Shown here: one piece after another, positions 62,211-64,000 of the stretch
Layout: each line of letters opens with the position of its first letter
Position numbering within the stretch: position 1 is the first letter of the stretch
Source of the DNA: a virus
Taxonomy: Duplodnaviria > Heunggongvirae > Uroviricota > Caudoviricetes
IMG/VR virus record: IMGVR_UViG_3300042890_002891
Coordinates: 1-64,000 of that record
Length of the DNA: 64,000 nucleotides
Direction: 5' to 3' (one strand)
The notes under the pieces: generated by a model
What the model was told of the DNA's origin: nothing
The model's input: only the letters and a program-made list of their open reading frames with translations
Database searches by the model: none
Program-made: the position numbers and the translations under genes

Positions 62211-62509
62211 AGACTTTTTAATAATTTATCCGTGGCTGGTTGAACAATATTGGCAACAGCATTTACATCAACCACAAAGTCAATGGTACGCACAGTGTCG
62301 CCAAGCGAGTTGAGATTGCGGTTAAGCAGTTCTTCAATTTCATCGTTGTCAAGCCCGTCCCGTCTTAGTCTAGCTAGATTGATGGTCTTCTGACGATTGC
62401 CATCTATGCGAACGATCATTTTATTGATGCATTCTAACGGAACTTCGGTCTTTTCTACTTCTGAAATTATATGATCCCACTTGGACAGGAATTCTTCACT
62501 CAGCGGCAT
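62207..62509 (-). CDS. Hypothetical protein
   Basis: Overlaps both neighbours in the operon. Confidence 0.65.
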   Translation of the reverse strand: MPLSEEFLSKWDHIISEVEKTEVPLECINKMIVRIDGNRQKTINLARLRRDGLDNDEIEELLNRNLNSLGDTVRTIDFVVDVNAVANIVQPATDKLLKSL

Positions 62510-63236
62510 GGGCAGCGACTTTGGCTTTGGCAGGTCGGCCCTTTTTCACTGCTGGCTTCTCAGCTTCCATCACTGGCATGGGTGCCATCTTGGGCAAGTC
62601 CATCATTCGTACACCAGGAAACATTTTTTCTGCTTCCTTCTTCATTCTGGCTGCTTCGTTGATCATGCCAGTTGCTTCGTTGTGCATGCGCACCGCCTGG
62701 GTAAGCATGTCAGCAGCAATGGATTTATCATCTAACGCACCGTCGACTGGGGCAGCAGAATAACCAGTGGTTGGTTTATTTTGTTGTGCCTTGTAGGCAG
62801 CTTCTGCTTGACGCTTGACTTTGGGATCTACCAATCCTGCATTGTTGTCCAGGTCAGCCATCTTCTTGATTGCATCAGATCCCAGTTTCATTTCGTTCAG
62901 GATCTTGTTGAGTTCGCTCAGTCGAACATTTGCATTGGGACTGGGTGTTACCAAAACATGTTCAGTATTCACACGCTTCATCAATCTTTCAGCATGCAGA
63001 GCCTGTAGCATGTTGCGACCATCCGGGAACAGATTGCGATTCAGTGCATCTGCCAATTCTTCGGCTGCTTGTCCGACAGGACTTTCCAGTACCTTCATCA
63101 GGGGATCATGAATGTGCATGGGCAGGAGGTCAGGATAGATAACCAAGCACATGTGCTCGTCGCCGGGGATCTGTCTAAAGACTACTGCAATCTTGCGATC
63201 GCTGTGTTTACCAATGTGTTTTAAAAATCTTGCCAT
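62496..63236 (-). CDS. Hypothetical protein with basic C-terminal tail (KKGRPAK)
   Basis: AAGGAG Shine-Dalgarno before ATG 63236 (MARFLKHIG). Confidence 0.7.
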   Translation of the reverse strand: MARFLKHIGKHSDRKIAVVFRQIPGDEHMCLVIYPDLLPMHIHDPLMKVLESPVGQAAEELADALNRNLFPDGRNMLQALHAERLMKRVNTEHVLVTPSPNANVRLSELNKILNEMKLGSDAIKKMADLDNNAGLVDPKVKRQAEAAYKAQQNKPTTGYSAAPVDGALDDKSIAADMLTQAVRMHNEATGMINEAARMKKEAEKMFPGVRMMDLPKMAPMPVMEAEKPAVKKGRPAKAKVAAHAAE

Positions 63237-63237
63237 G

Positions 63238-63447
63238 TTATTCTCCTTGGGGTTGTGTTTCAACTGGTGCCTGTGCTTCTTGAGCCTGGGCAATAGCGGT
63301 GGTGACAAATTGATCTAGCTTTTCATACAAGATTCCAATTTCTCGGGCTTCGCTGGCACCAAAGGCACCGCGTTTGAATGCAGCATCGATCACATTACGG
63401 CATGCCGCAATATCGTTGATTGTGAGTTGAAGTGTAGTGTCATCCAT
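63238..63447 (-). CDS. Hypothetical protein, 69 aa
   Basis: Preceded by TAAATA at 63458-63453; fills the gap. Confidence 0.65.
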   Translation of the reverse strand: MDDTTLQLTINDIAACRNVIDAAFKRGAFGASEAREIGILYEKLDQFVTTAIAQAQEAQAPVETQPQGE

Positions 63448-63452
63448 GTAGA

Positions 63453-63458
63453 TATTTA
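63453..63458 (-). promoter_or_regulatory. Late promoter motif TAAATA
   Basis: Minus strand GTAAATA ending 5 nt before the ATG at 63447. Confidence 0.5.
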
Positions 63459-63463
63459 CAATA

Positions 63464-63497
63464 GAAAATCCCCAGACATAAATTTATCTGGGGATTT
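63464..63497 (-). terminator. Intrinsic terminator after the VWA gene
   Basis: AAATCCCCAGA (63466-63476)/TCTGGGGATTT (63487-63497) inverted repeat with a T-run on the minus strand. Confidence 0.7.
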
Positions 63498-63516
63498 CGG
63501 TAAAACTGATTTCAGT

Positions 63517-64000
63517 TTATTTTTCGTCGTAGTAGGCAAATTGTCCCCAGGGTGGCACAATTGTTGTGGTACCATGCAGGATAAACACTGTATCGGTGTA
63601 GTTTTCATCACCCCATGAACCAAACGGATAGCCGTCTGTGAACATGACCAGCCGCTTGGGCTCAATCTCATGTTCCTTCAGGTAGTTGTACACACAATCA
63701 AAGTCTGTGCCGCCACCACCCTTGACCTCGTAGTCGCAGATGTCATCCAGGTTGTCACTGTCATACTGCACAGGATTGTAGGCCTCAGTATCAAAAGTCA
63801 CCACATGAATACGGTATGCCGGGAACGATTCCATGATGCCTTGAATCTCACTTAGAAAGTCCTTCAGCATCTTTTCGCTGATACTGCCTGAAGCGTCCAG
63901 AGCCACAGCAATATCAATCATGGGATCCAGTTTCATGCCGGGCATGACTGCATCCATGTGCCAACCTTTGCGGCTGGCTCGCATCCAGGTAAAGTCACTC
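63517..64000 (-). CDS. VWA-domain protein (DUF2201-like metallopeptidase-associated), 5'-truncated by the window
   Basis: MIDAS DASGS, GGGTDF, FTDG; frame is open to the window edge. Confidence 0.8.
   Translation of the reverse strand, partial: SDFTWMRASRKGWHMDAVMPGMKLDPMIDIAVALDASGSISEKMLKDFLSEIQGIMESFPAYRIHVVTFDTEAYNPVQYDSDNLDDICDYEVKGGGGTDFDCVYNYLKEHEIEPKRLVMFTDGYPFGSWGDENYTDTVFILHGTTTIVPPWGQFAYYDEK

Noticed and set aside
1-64000. Stop-codon reassignment as seen in some large phages
   Set aside because: Genes are full length and tightly packed under the standard code; TAA, TGA and TAG (gp46) all end genes

Overview
This 64-kb window is a fragment of a large T4-related contractile-tailed (myo)phage genome, not a bacterial chromosome; the host cannot be read from the sequence. 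Left arm (minus strand, 147-8311): late sigma factor gp55, recombination nuclease gp47/gp46 and a GIY-YIG-like protein, with three radical SAM genes and an SDR interleaved. 8419-37254 (plus strand): baseplate/tail module (gp53, hub-like pair, gp5, gp25, gp6, a 4669-aa virion protein, fibre-like proteins) with recurrent TAAATA late-promoter motifs. 37324-61518: a ~24-kb island of overlapping genes bracketed by two inward-facing sigma70-like promoters. It encodes four GT-A-like glycosyltransferases, five paralogous GT10-like 'ET..TEK' proteins, five radical SAM enzymes with an N-terminal Cys/His auxiliary domain, two SGNH proteins, a 2OG-Fe(II)-type oxygenase, an O-carbamoyltransferase with a tiny partner ORF, a DegT aminotransferase and an NDP-sugar epimerase. 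This island is the best candidate for an undescribed system, a phage-encoded glycan build-and-tailor pathway acting on the virion, DNA or the host surface. Right end: thyX, hypothetical genes and a truncated VWA protein. All calls are from motif recognition by eye; no database searches were run.
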